DNA from: Casimicrobiaceae bacterium
Lineage (GTDB): Bacteria > Pseudomonadota > Gammaproteobacteria > Burkholderiales > Casimicrobiaceae
Direction: 5' to 3'
Assembly: GCA_035475895.1 (NCBI GenBank)
Contig: DATILY010000019.1
Coordinates: forward strand, 4,722-68,721
Length of the DNA: 64,000 nt
Part shown: piece after piece, positions 1 through 8,794 of the stretch
How the letters are laid out: each line of letters starts with the position of its first letter
Position numbering within the stretch: the stretch's first letter is position 1
Translations under genes and position numbers: made by a program
Notes under the pieces: generated by a model
Seen by the model: the letters and a program-made list of their open reading frames with translations, nothing else
What the model was told of the DNA's origin: nothing
Databases searched by the model: none

Positions 1-617
1 CCGGCGTTGCGCGCCATGATGCCGTATCCGAGCACCTGATCGGCCACATACCACCCGCCTTCGCCGATCACCGGCTTGCCGTCCGCGTCAAGCTTGGCCG
101 ACGCCGTCTCGTTGACCAGTACCGAGCCGTCGGGCAGGGGCTTGCCCTCGCGCGCCGCGCGCACGGCCACCGCATTGGCGTAGAAGGCCTGTACGCGCTT
201 GGTCGCCTCCACGTTGACGGTGTGATATCGGGTGAACGTCGTGCGATAGTCGTCGGGAAACGTCACGAAGGTCCGCGCGACGTTGGGCAGGAATTCCGAT
301 TTCGCGCCGGCCGTGGCAATGGTCTGCTGTGCGAAGTAGGCCGCGACGTTGGCCATGTCCTCGGGCCCGAGCTGCGCTGCGATCGCGTTCATGATCGGGT
401 TCTTGCGCGAGCCGTTCTTCAGCGCGCGCAGCTGCGACTCGAGGTAGGCGGCACGCTGCCCCGCGAGGTTGGGAATCGCGTCGCTCACGCTGATGCCCGC
501 GGCACCATGGCAGGCGGCGCATACCGTCGCCACCTTCGCGCGCCCCGCTTCGACGTCCGCTGCGAGTGCCGATGGCACGGCCAGCGCGAACACCAGCGCT
601 GCTGCGACCTTCATCAT
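1..617 (-). CDS. Exported class I cytochrome c fused to a cytochrome P460-like domain (3' end beyond window start)
   Basis: Manual translation from ATG at 617 (absent from the ORF track): MMKVAAALVFALAVPSALA signal peptide, CAACH heme motif, IPNLAGQ..YL..QL c553/c4 signature, then FPDDYRTTF...AREGKPLPDGSVLV resembling cytochrome P460 family; RBS AGGAG upstream. Confidence 0.8.
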   Translation of the reverse strand, partial: MMKVAAALVFALAVPSALAADVEAGRAKVATVCAACHGAAGISVSDAIPNLAGQRAAYLESQLRALKNGSRKNPIMNAIAAQLGPEDMANVAAYFAQQTIATAGAKSEFLPNVARTFVTFPDDYRTTFTRYHTVNVEATKRVQAFYANAVAVRAAREGKPLPDGSVLVNETASAKLDADGKPVIGEGGWYVADQVLGYGIMARNA

Positions 618-767
618 GTGGAGTCTCCTGGCGCGGCCCCCGCGCACCGGGCCCGGCCGCGTGAGTGTACGCTTCCAACCGTCTGACACGATTTCCCGCC
701 GCCCGCTGACGGACCGGAGGCGGCCTTCGCGCGATGATCGCGCACATTCCTGGCACCGGAGGACTTC

Positions 768-1067
768 ATGAACGAGAGGACCATGCGCAATGCCGCGGCT
801 GCCGCCGCCGACGACGCCGCCGACCGGGCGGCCAACCTGAGCGACACGGCGCGCGACATGCTGAACACCAGCACCAAGCGGGCCCGCCGCGCCGCCGAAT
901 CGGCGAGCGACTGGGCCGCCGATGCCGCCGGCACGCTGTCCGACGCATCGCTGCGCGGGTATCGCACGGCGGAGGACGCCATCCGCGTGCAGCCTGTGCT
1001 GGCCGTCGGCGCCGCGCTGGTCGTCGGCGTGATGCTGGGCGCGCTGCTCTTCTCGCGCAACGAATAG
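768..1067 (+). CDS. DUF883 / ElaB-YqjD family tail-anchored membrane protein
   Basis: Ala-rich helical N-terminus, C-terminal IRVQPVLAVGAALVVGVMLGALL transmembrane motif; RBS GGAGG. Confidence 0.8.
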   Translation: MNERTMRNAAAAAADDAADRAANLSDTARDMLNTSTKRARRAAESASDWAADAAGTLSDASLRGYRTAEDAIRVQPVLAVGAALVVGVMLGALLFSRNE

Positions 1068-1150
1068 AGACCGCACCGCTACGGTCCTGAGGCGCTCCGC
1101 ACGCGGGGCGCTGGCAGCACCCACATTCGAATACCGCTACAGTCATTGAG

Positions 1151-1177
1151 CCCCGGCCGCGCGCCGGGGTTTTGTTT
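1151..1177 (+). terminator. Rho-independent terminator
   Basis: CCCCGGC-cgcgc-GCCGGGG stem-loop followed by TTTTGTTT. Confidence 0.75.
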
Positions 1178-1268
1178 GGTCCGCGCGAAGGGCCCTTGTA
1201 TGCGCATCGTCCATCGCGCGGATGGCCGGTTTGCGACAATGCGCGCCGGAACTACTCTTCGGGATCGC

Positions 1269-2147
1269 ATGCCAGGCAACGTCGCCTCGTGGAGCACGTG
1301 GATCGGCCGCTCCGAAACCGCGCATGACGTCGTCACGCCCACGCCCTTCGCGGCGCTGGCGGCCACGCTGGATGGGGACCCGGCGCGCCCGCCCGATGCC
1401 ACGCCGCTGCCGCCGCTGTGGCACTGGCTCTACTTCCTGCCGCTGCACCGCCGGTCCACCCTCGGACCCGATGGGCACGCCGAGCGCGGCGGCTTCCTGC
1501 CCCCGGTACCGCTGCCGCGCCGCATGTGGGCAGGCAGCCAGCTCGCGTTCCACGCGCCGCTGCGCATCGGCGACGCGCTGACGCGCACGTCGACCATCGA
1601 AAGCGTGCGCGAGAAGGAAGGCCGCAGCGGACCACTCGTGTTCGTGCGCGTGCGCCATGAGATCGTGGTCGATGGCACTGCGCACGCGGCGCTGGTCGAG
1701 CATCACGACATCGTGTATCGGGAAGCGCCGCGCGCGGGCGACCCGCCGGCCGCCGCGCAGCCGGCGCCGGCGCAGTGCGCTTGGTCGCGCACCTGGGTGC
1801 CCGACGACGTGCTGCTCTTCCGCTATTCCGCGCTGACCTTCAACGGGCACCGCATCCACTACGATCGGCGCTACGTCACCGAAGTCGAAGGCTATCCGGG
1901 CCTCGTCGTGCACGGGCCGCTCATCGCCACCCTGCTGCTCGACCTGCTGCGGCGCGAGTTGCCCGACGCGACGGTGACGCGGTTCGAGTTTCGCGCGGTA
2001 CGCCCGCTGTTCGACCTCGCGCCCTTCGAGGTCTGCGGCACGCCGCATGCGGGCGGGTCGGTGCACCTGTGGGCGCGCGACACCGGCGGATTCCTCGCGA
2101 TGGACGCGACCGCGACCCTTGCACGCAGCGACGAAGGCGCGCCATGA
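1269..2147 (+). CDS. MaoC/FAS1-like double hot-dog acyl-CoA dehydratase (mesaconyl-/itaconyl-CoA hydratase family)
   Basis: LPPLWHWLYF, DGHAERGGFLPPVPLPRRMWAGS, FRYSALTFNGHRIHYD, LVVHGPL motifs; start at MPGNVASW chosen over the longer ORF. Confidence 0.8.
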   Translation: MPGNVASWSTWIGRSETAHDVVTPTPFAALAATLDGDPARPPDATPLPPLWHWLYFLPLHRRSTLGPDGHAERGGFLPPVPLPRRMWAGSQLAFHAPLRIGDALTRTSTIESVREKEGRSGPLVFVRVRHEIVVDGTAHAALVEHHDIVYREAPRAGDPPAAAQPAPAQCAWSRTWVPDDVLLFRYSALTFNGHRIHYDRRYVTEVEGYPGLVVHGPLIATLLLDLLRRELPDATVTRFEFRAVRPLFDLAPFEVCGTPHAGGSVHLWARDTGGFLAMDATATLARSDEGAP

Positions 2148-2788
2148 ACGAGGCACTGGAGCAGCTGTTCGAGCAGAACCGCGCCTGGTCGGCGCGGATG
2201 CGGCAGAACGACCCGCAGTTCTTCGCGCGCCTGTCCGGCCAGCAGAGCCCCCGCTTCATGTGGATCGGGTGCGCCGACAGCCGCGTGCCGGCGAACGAGA
2301 TCGTCGGCCTGTTGCCGGGCGAGCTGTTCGTCCACCGCAACGTCGCCAACGTCGTCGTGCACAGCGACTTGAATTGCCTGTCGGTCATGCAGTTCGCCGT
2401 CGACGTGCTGAAGGTGCAGCACATCATCGTCTGCGGTCACTATGGCTGCAGCGGCGTGTCCGCCGCGCTCGAGAACCGGCGCATTGGCCTGGCCGACAAC
2501 TGGCTGCGGCACGTGCAGGACGTGCATCACAAGCACGACGTGCGGATCGGGGCCATCGCGGACCCGGCGCAGCGCATCGACGCGCTGTGCGAGCTCAACG
2601 TCATCGAGCAGGTGGCCAACGTGTGCCAGACGACCATCGTGGGCGATGCGTGGGAGCGCGGCCAGCCGCTGGCCGTGCATGGCTGGGTGTATGGCCTGAA
2701 GGACGGGCTCGTGCGTGACCTCCTCACCACGGTGACGCGGCCCGAGGAAGCGAACGTGGTGTATCGCGCGGGCCTGGCCGCGCTCTAG
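2144..2788 (+). CDS. can: Beta-class carbonic anhydrase
   Basis: WIGCADSRVP, FVHRNVAN, CGHYGCSG Zn ligands; ATGA overlap with upstream stop. Confidence 0.92.
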   Translation: MNEALEQLFEQNRAWSARMRQNDPQFFARLSGQQSPRFMWIGCADSRVPANEIVGLLPGELFVHRNVANVVVHSDLNCLSVMQFAVDVLKVQHIIVCGHYGCSGVSAALENRRIGLADNWLRHVQDVHHKHDVRIGAIADPAQRIDALCELNVIEQVANVCQTTIVGDAWERGQPLAVHGWVYGLKDGLVRDLLTTVTRPEEANVVYRAGLAAL

Positions 2789-3255
2789 GAAGAGGCCGGC
2801 CCCGCGACGGTTGCCCTCATCGGACGCCTCAGCGCCAGGATGGAGAGCGCAGCCACGCTGGCGCCGATGAAGCCGAAGAACACGCCAGCCCCGAAGCGAT
2901 CGACGAACGAGTCGAGCGTGCAGCTCAGGTGGTCGGCATGCAGATGCGCGCAGAGCAACGGCACGGCGGCGCCCTCGCTCCAGTTGCCCTCGCCGAACGT
3001 GTCCTGCACTTCCCAGCGGAACGGCCGGCCGTCGCTCGGCGTGACCTCGACCACGCCGTACACCGTCATGCTGCGCCCGCTCGCCCGGTGGAATTCGATG
3101 ACGCGGCCCATCGCCGGCGTCCCGGACCAGGAATAGACCAGCTGGGCGCCGAGGTAGAGCAGCGACAGACCGACGAACACCAGCCCGCACAGCAATCCGA
3201 TCCATTGCGCGGAGCGCGAGCCTTGCGGGACGCTCGCTTCCATCGTGCGCTTCAC
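2785..3255 (-). CDS. Small two-TM membrane protein (DUF3592-like layout)
   Basis: N- and C-terminal hydrophobic helices flanking a small beta-rich domain; GTG start overlaps the TGA of the upstream RCC1 gene (GTGA). Confidence 0.6.
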   Translation of the reverse strand: MKRTMEASVPQGSRSAQWIGLLCGLVFVGLSLLYLGAQLVYSWSGTPAMGRVIEFHRASGRSMTVYGVVEVTPSDGRPFRWEVQDTFGEGNWSEGAAVPLLCAHLHADHLSCTLDSFVDRFGAGVFFGFIGASVAALSILALRRPMRATVAGPASS

Positions 3256-4457
3256 ACCTGACGCGGTGCCGCGGAGCGTTGCGCGCCCGCCTGGCCCTGA
3301 TCGCTCGCGCCCCACGCCCAGACGCTGCCGTCCTGGCGCAGCGCGAGGCTGTGGTGCGCCCCAGCGGCGATGCGCACGAAGTCTCCCGGCACGGGTTGCG
3401 GCGTGCTCGCAGCCGCCGCGCTCGCGACGCCCAGCTGTCCGTCGTCGTTCGCACCCCAGGCGAAGAGATGCGTGCCACGCAATCCGAGCGAGAACGCGTC
3501 GCCGGCGGCAATGGCCGTCCAGTCGCTGTCGGTGCCCACGCGGATCGGCGTGACGCGCCGCGCGCTCGTTCCATCACCCAACTGACCGGCGCGGTTGTCA
3601 CCGAACGCAACCAGGCTGCCGTCCTTGCGGATCGCGAGCGAATGGCTGCGACCTGCCGCGACGAACGCGTACCCCTGTCCGACCGTCGCCGGTGCATTGC
3701 GATACTGGCCGTCACCGGTTCCGAGCTGGCCAAGATCGTTGTCGCCCCAGGCGAGCAGCGTTCCGTCGCGCCGCACCGCGAGGCTGTGGCGCGCCCCGGC
3801 GGACATGATGCCGACCGCGGATGCGACCTGTACCGGCTCCATGCGCGGTTGCGTGCTGCGATCGCCGACCTGGCCGAACGCGTTGCCGCCCCAGCCCCAC
3901 AACGTGCCGTCGCCGGTGAGGATGAGCGCGTGCTGTCCCCCGGCGGCCACCGCGACGGCCCCGCCGATGCCCTGCAGCGCGCGCGCGTCCGCGCGTTTGG
4001 CACCTGCGTCACGCTCGACGCCCTGTTGTCCCCAAACCCACACGGAGCCATCGCGCTTGACGCCGATGCTGAAGCTGCCGCCAGCCGCGATATCGAGCCA
4101 TGATGCGCCGCCGGTCACGAGCACCGGCCGCGGCGTGCTCACGCGCGTGCCGTCGCCGAGCTGCCCGGCGTCGTTGTTGCCCCACGCAAGCGCGATGCCG
4201 TCGCGGCGCACGACGACCGTGTGCGCGCCGCCTGCAGCGACTTGCGCCACGTTCGTGGGCCGCGCTCCGGCGTAGCGGTCGAGCTCCTGGCGGATCGCGT
4301 TGCCGCTCTTGTCCTTGCCCCCCGGACGCGGCTTGTCCCCGAAGTCCTCGTCGACCTGCGCGTTGCGGGCGCGCACGTCGACGCTCACCCATGGCAGCAG
4401 CGCGAGCGCGGCGAGCGTGCGGCGCCGCCGGGCGAACCGCGTGCGATCACTTGGCAT
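3252..4457 (-). CDS. Exported RCC1/BLIP-II repeat beta-propeller protein
   Basis: Multiple AAGxxHxxxxxxDGxxxAWGxNxxGQLG repeats; N-terminal RRRRTLAALALL (possible Tat signal); start MPSDRT at 4457. Confidence 0.88.
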   Translation of the reverse strand: MPSDRTRFARRRRTLAALALLPWVSVDVRARNAQVDEDFGDKPRPGGKDKSGNAIRQELDRYAGARPTNVAQVAAGGAHTVVVRRDGIALAWGNNDAGQLGDGTRVSTPRPVLVTGGASWLDIAAGGSFSIGVKRDGSVWVWGQQGVERDAGAKRADARALQGIGGAVAVAAGGQHALILTGDGTLWGWGGNAFGQVGDRSTQPRMEPVQVASAVGIMSAGARHSLAVRRDGTLLAWGDNDLGQLGTGDGQYRNAPATVGQGYAFVAAGRSHSLAIRKDGSLVAFGDNRAGQLGDGTSARRVTPIRVGTDSDWTAIAAGDAFSLGLRGTHLFAWGANDDGQLGVASAAAASTPQPVPGDFVRIAAGAHHSLALRQDGSVWAWGASDQGQAGAQRSAAPRQV

Positions 4458-6498
4458 GCGGTGCCTTCGCGGGCTCGGCGGAGCTGGGCTTGGCCTTCGC
4501 CGAAGCAGCCTTGCCGGCCGCGGCGTCCTTCTTCGCAGTGGCGCCTTCTTGGGCGGCGGGACTCGCCGGTGGCGCGGCATGCCCGGCGTCGAGGTCGCGC
4601 GCAACGCGGAGACCGATGAAGGGCTTGCGCTCACCGGGCGGCAGCGTCTCGCGGCGCGAATAGCGCACCTCGGCGACCGGATAGTTGAATGCTCCGCCGC
4701 GATAGCCGCGGGCCTGGCACGTCGGTGAGTCGACGGCGTGCCCGTCGGCCGGTGCGTTGGTGTAGTCGGCGCTCTGGCAGTCCGCGATCCACTCGGCAGC
4801 ATTGCCCAGCATGTCGTGCAGCCCGAACGCGTTCTTGCGCAGCTCGGGGCTGCCCGCAGCGGTGAACGCGCTCTGGTCGTCGCATTTGGCCGCGGCCATC
4901 TTGCTGGCCATGCGCGCGACGTACGAGGCGTCACCGACGTTGGCGTAGTCGCACGCCTTCGAAGGATCGTCGCCCCATGGCGCGTTGAGCTCGCTGCCCG
5001 CGCGCGCGGCGTACTCCCATTCGGACTCGGTCAGCAGGCGGTAATGATGGCCGGTGACCTTGCTGAGCCACGCGGCGTAGGCGGCCGCGTCGAACCAGCT
5101 CACGCAGACGACCGGCTCGTCGTCACGCTGCGTGAAGCCGGGGTCCTTCCAGCTGCGCTCGGCGCGGTTGCCCTGCCGCCGGCCGCAGGCGGCATCGCTC
5201 GGGACGCTGTAGCCCGAGGCATTCACGAACTCGCGAAACTGCGCGATCGTGACTTCGAGGCGGCCCACTGCGAAGTCGTAGTCGATCGCCACCTTGTGTC
5301 GCGGCAGCTCGTCTTTTTCGGCATTGTTGCCCGCGCCGCCTTGCGCAAATTCGCCCTTGGGCACGACGACCATCTCCGGACAGCCGGGGCAGTCGCGCAG
5401 CAGCGTGCCGGCCGCCGGGCCGGCTGGCGTGACGGCGGCGGCCGCCACCGCTTCGGCCGCGGCCGCCGTGCGGTGCCGCTTGGCGTAGAACAGGCCGCCG
5501 GCGACGCCGATCACGAGCAGCACGGCGATCACCGCATAGCGCATGGGCCGTCCGCGCTTCTCCGCGCGCGCCTCGCCGCCGGCGAGGTCGTCGAGCCACT
5601 CGCGCGCCGTCTGGTAGCGCTCCTTCACCGGGACGCGCAGCGCCTTGTCGATGGTGGCGAGGAGGTGCTCGGAATAGCGGCCCTTCGCGGCATCCACGGC
5701 CGGCACGACGCTGTCGCGCAGCAGCCGCGTGTTGCTCGCGTTGGGCTTGCGGCCCGTGACCATCTGGTACGCCGTGGCGCCGAGCGAGTACACGTCCGAG
5801 TACGGCCCCTGGGAGAACTGGCCGGTGCTGTCCCATTGCTCCGGGGCCGAATAGTTGTACGTGACGATGGCCGTCATTGCCTGGTTGCTGCCGGCCACCT
5901 CGCGTGCCGAGCCGAAGTCGATCAGCACCGGGCGGCCGTCTTCGCCGAGATAGATGTTCGCCGGCTTGATGTCCCGATGCAGGATGTGATGCGCGTGGAT
6001 GGCTTCGACGCCGCCGAGAAGGTCCGCGAGGAAGCGCCGCATCGCCGCTTCGTCGAACGCGACGCTGCGTGCGAGGCGTTTTTCGAGCGTCTCGCCCTGG
6101 CAAAGGTCCATGACCATGTACGCGGTCTCGTTCGCCTCGATGCAGCGATACACCCGCACGATGGCCGGATGGTTGATGCCGGCGAGCAGGCGGGCTTCGG
6201 CGACGAAGCGCGCGAGGCCCTCGCGGTAGCTCGTCTCGTCTTCCTTGGACAGCACCGTGACCGCGCGGGTGGAGAAGCGGCCGGCGAGCCCGCGCGGCAG
6301 GTATTCCTTGATCGCGCGCGCCTGGTTGAGCGAGTGGTCGAACGCCTTGTAGACGATGCCGAAGCCGCCGCTGCCGATCACCTCGAGGATCTCGAACTCG
6401 TCGATGCGATAGCCCTTCGGCAGGGCGCGCACGTCGCCGGCGATCGTGCGGTCGCTCGTCTCGTCGAAGAAGCTGGGAAGCGGTGTGTCGGCCGGCAT
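4447..6498 (-). CDS. Membrane Ser/Thr protein kinase fused to a C-terminal formylglycine-generating-enzyme (FGE/SUMF1) domain
   Basis: IGSGGFGIVY, AIKEY, HRDIKPANI, IDFGSA kinase motifs; single TM YAVIAVLLVIGVAGGLF; FGLHDMLGNAAEW and RGYRGGAF FGE motifs. Confidence 0.9.
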   Translation of the reverse strand: MPADTPLPSFFDETSDRTIAGDVRALPKGYRIDEFEILEVIGSGGFGIVYKAFDHSLNQARAIKEYLPRGLAGRFSTRAVTVLSKEDETSYREGLARFVAEARLLAGINHPAIVRVYRCIEANETAYMVMDLCQGETLEKRLARSVAFDEAAMRRFLADLLGGVEAIHAHHILHRDIKPANIYLGEDGRPVLIDFGSAREVAGSNQAMTAIVTYNYSAPEQWDSTGQFSQGPYSDVYSLGATAYQMVTGRKPNASNTRLLRDSVVPAVDAAKGRYSEHLLATIDKALRVPVKERYQTAREWLDDLAGGEARAEKRGRPMRYAVIAVLLVIGVAGGLFYAKRHRTAAAAEAVAAAAVTPAGPAAGTLLRDCPGCPEMVVVPKGEFAQGGAGNNAEKDELPRHKVAIDYDFAVGRLEVTIAQFREFVNASGYSVPSDAACGRRQGNRAERSWKDPGFTQRDDEPVVCVSWFDAAAYAAWLSKVTGHHYRLLTESEWEYAARAGSELNAPWGDDPSKACDYANVGDASYVARMASKMAAAKCDDQSAFTAAGSPELRKNAFGLHDMLGNAAEWIADCQSADYTNAPADGHAVDSPTCQARGYRGGAFNYPVAEVRYSRRETLPPGERKPFIGLRVARDLDAGHAAPPASPAAQEGATAKKDAAAGKAASAKAKPSSAEPAKAPHAK

Positions 6499-6568
6499 GG
6501 GTGCCGATGTTACAGCGGGGTGGCGGGGGCTCGCACGCGCGCACGGCAGCGCGTGCGGTGCTCGCAGG

Positions 6569-6949
6569 CTAGCTTCGCTTGATGACGCAAAGCGAGTTGG
6601 CCACGTCGACGACGTACAGCGTAGCGTTCCCCGGGTCCACGCGTGCACCCTTGTCCGTGAAGGCAGCGACCTTGTTCGGCAGGGCGGACACGACCGCTTC
6701 GCTGAGGTTGTTCTCGGTGAACAACAGGTGGCCCTTCTGCCAGCAGCGCATCACGTAGGTGCCGGGCGCGGGGGCACCCGGCATCGGGTATTCGGCCGGC
6801 ACGAACAGCGGCACCGGCGTGCGCGGCGTCACGCGCGGCGGGGCCAGGAGCGTGGGATCCGGTGGCGTGTCCGCTGCCAGGCCCGGCACGGCGATCGAGC
6901 CCACCATCGCTACGAGCGCTGCGAGGCGTGCGGCGTTGAAGCGTCTCAT
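6569..6949 (-). CDS. Small exported hypothetical protein
   Basis: Signal peptide MRRFNAARLAALVAMVGSIAVPGLAA, Pro-rich linker, two Cys; TGATG overlap with upstream stop. Confidence 0.65.
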   Translation of the reverse strand: MRRFNAARLAALVAMVGSIAVPGLAADTPPDPTLLAPPRVTPRTPVPLFVPAEYPMPGAPAPGTYVMRCWQKGHLLFTENNLSEAVVSALPNKVAAFTDKGARVDPGNATLYVVDVANSLCVIKRS

Positions 6950-8691
6950 CACGTGCCTCGCTTGCGGATCGTCACGAGGTGTTCTCCAAAGGACTTCTGC
7001 GCGCTGCCGCCGATGGCGCCGCGTATCGTGGACAATCCCGTCGGCTCCACCTCGAAGCCGCGGCCGAGCGCCTCGCGTCCCGCGGTGAGGATGGGGTCGT
7101 TGTCCGACGCGAAGCACGCCACCGTTTCGGGCCCGGTGCCCACCTTGATCGCCGCTTCCCCGGGCACCGGCACGCTCTGGTTCGCGCGCACCATGGCGTC
7201 CGACGATTGCGGATTGGGGAAGATGCGCATCGTCGTGCGCCCGCCCGGTCCGGCGAGATAGCAATACACGTACGCGTCGTGATCGGTCTGCACGTTGAGC
7301 TGCAGCGGATCGCCCGGCCGCAGCGGCGCTTCGGCGCCCTTGATCGCGACGACGATCGGCTGATACGGTCCCTCGGCGGAATCGGCGACGCCGCGCGTAC
7401 CCGAAGGGGTGCCGCCACCCGGTGCCGCAGGCGCGCGTGGATCGGTCTTGGCCACCGTGTTGCTGCCCGGCGCTGCCGCGGCGCCGGCGGCTGGACGCGC
7501 GGGCGCTCCACCGCTCGTCGACGACCTGGGCTCGGCCGCCGGAGGCTTGGCACTCTTGACGGCGAAGCGCGCCTGCAGCTCGGGCTCGGTGAGGTGCGCG
7601 ACACCCGCCTTGACCGGCTTGAGATTCTTGTTGCGCAGGTTCAGCACGTACGAAAAGACCTCCAGGTCGATCGTGCGCTTGTCCTGCATGCCGTTGGCCT
7701 CGGTGAGGTCGCGGATGGCGTCCGACATCTCGCGGTTGATCTGGCCGTTGATGGCCCCGTTGTAGCGCCCCATGATGCGCAGCTGATTCTGCATGTAGGG
7801 CACGAGCTTGCCTTCGGCGAGCAGGTTCTGGTACCAGTCCTCCACTTCACGCTGGATGAGCGGGTGGCTGGTGTCGATGCCCAGGCATTGCCAGTAGGGA
7901 ATGCGCAGCAGCTTGCCGAACAGCTCCACCGTGGCGAGCTCGATCAGGTTGCGCGCCGCGCCGCCCAGGCCATCGGACTGGGCGACGTTGAACGAGTAGC
8001 TGAAGCCGAACGCGACCTTGCCGATGGTGGCGTTGAAGCCGATGCCCCCCTTGTCGCCCTGCCCCGTGCCCGCGCTCGTGCGCACGAGCATGACGGAATT
8101 GCGCGACGCGACGCCGGGCAGCAGCTCCATCGTCTTGGTGCTGATCACGGACAGGTCCAGGCCGAGGATCGCCGTGGAGGCGGTGTTCTTGATCCCGCCC
8201 TGCAGGATGCCGGACATCTGCCAGCCCTTGTCCTGCTGGACGACGTTCTCGTCGAGCTGCGACAGCGAGCCGCGAATGTTGTACGCCGGCTGGAAGTTGT
8301 AGACGTTCTGGTTGTTGCCCGAGTTCTTGAGCCAGTCCTGCAGGTTCTTGACGTCGCTGCCGAAGGCGATCAGGCGGATGGCGCGGCTGCGCCGCGTCAT
8401 GTCGGACACCGCGGAGATCAGCATGTCGCGCGCACCGACGCTCACTCTCTTGGTGTTGTCGGTCAGGTCTTCCGTGAGGATGACGACGTCGTGCACGCCG
8501 TTGTCGATCAGCAGCTGGTCCATGCAGAACAGCGCATCGTCGAAATTGCTGATGTTGCGCTGAACCGGCGCCGCCGGTCCGCGCGCCGCCTGGACCGTCT
8601 TGAGCGACGCCTCTTCCTTGACGCCTTCCGCGCAGGCGCCAAGACACAGCGCCAGCGCGATGGCGATCCACCGCGATGCGTTCGATTTCAT
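6949..8691 (-). CDS. Lipoprotein with CsgG/HfaB-like N-terminal domain, putative PG-binding-like middle region and C-terminal DUF4384-like domain
   Basis: Lipobox ALCLGAC; PVQRNISNFDDALFCMD...RDMLISAVS...IRGSLSQLD...LDLSVI resembles CsgG/HfaB; C-terminal LRPGDPLQLNVQTDHDAYVYCY...RIFPN resembles DUF4384. Confidence 0.7.
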   Translation of the reverse strand: MKSNASRWIAIALALCLGACAEGVKEEASLKTVQAARGPAAPVQRNISNFDDALFCMDQLLIDNGVHDVVILTEDLTDNTKRVSVGARDMLISAVSDMTRRSRAIRLIAFGSDVKNLQDWLKNSGNNQNVYNFQPAYNIRGSLSQLDENVVQQDKGWQMSGILQGGIKNTASTAILGLDLSVISTKTMELLPGVASRNSVMLVRTSAGTGQGDKGGIGFNATIGKVAFGFSYSFNVAQSDGLGGAARNLIELATVELFGKLLRIPYWQCLGIDTSHPLIQREVEDWYQNLLAEGKLVPYMQNQLRIMGRYNGAINGQINREMSDAIRDLTEANGMQDKRTIDLEVFSYVLNLRNKNLKPVKAGVAHLTEPELQARFAVKSAKPPAAEPRSSTSGGAPARPAAGAAAAPGSNTVAKTDPRAPAAPGGGTPSGTRGVADSAEGPYQPIVVAIKGAEAPLRPGDPLQLNVQTDHDAYVYCYLAGPGGRTTMRIFPNPQSSDAMVRANQSVPVPGEAAIKVGTGPETVACFASDNDPILTAGREALGRGFEVEPTGLSTIRGAIGGSAQKSFGEHLVTIRKRGT

Positions 8692-8794
8692 GCTTCGCCT
8701 TCCCACCGTGCCTCCGCCGAAGAACATCGAGCGCCGGCGGCGCGCGACCCGGATTCCCCTGCTCCGGTGCCCCGCCGCCGGCGATGCCACGTTG

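Noticed and set aside
1068-1177. tRNA, 6S RNA or amino-acid attenuator
   Set aside because: No cloverleaf or T-loop, no 6S-like long duplex, and no leader peptide rich in one amino acid ahead of a biosynthetic gene; reported only as an sRNA candidate.
2785-2788. Convergent genes sharing a CTAG stop overlap (also at 56317-56320)
   Set aside because: A known compact arrangement of convergent TAG stops; no further signal.
3252-4457. Repetitive DNA that might be a CRISPR or tandem array
   Set aside because: The repeats are degenerate, in-frame RCC1 protein repeats, not identical DNA repeats with spacers.
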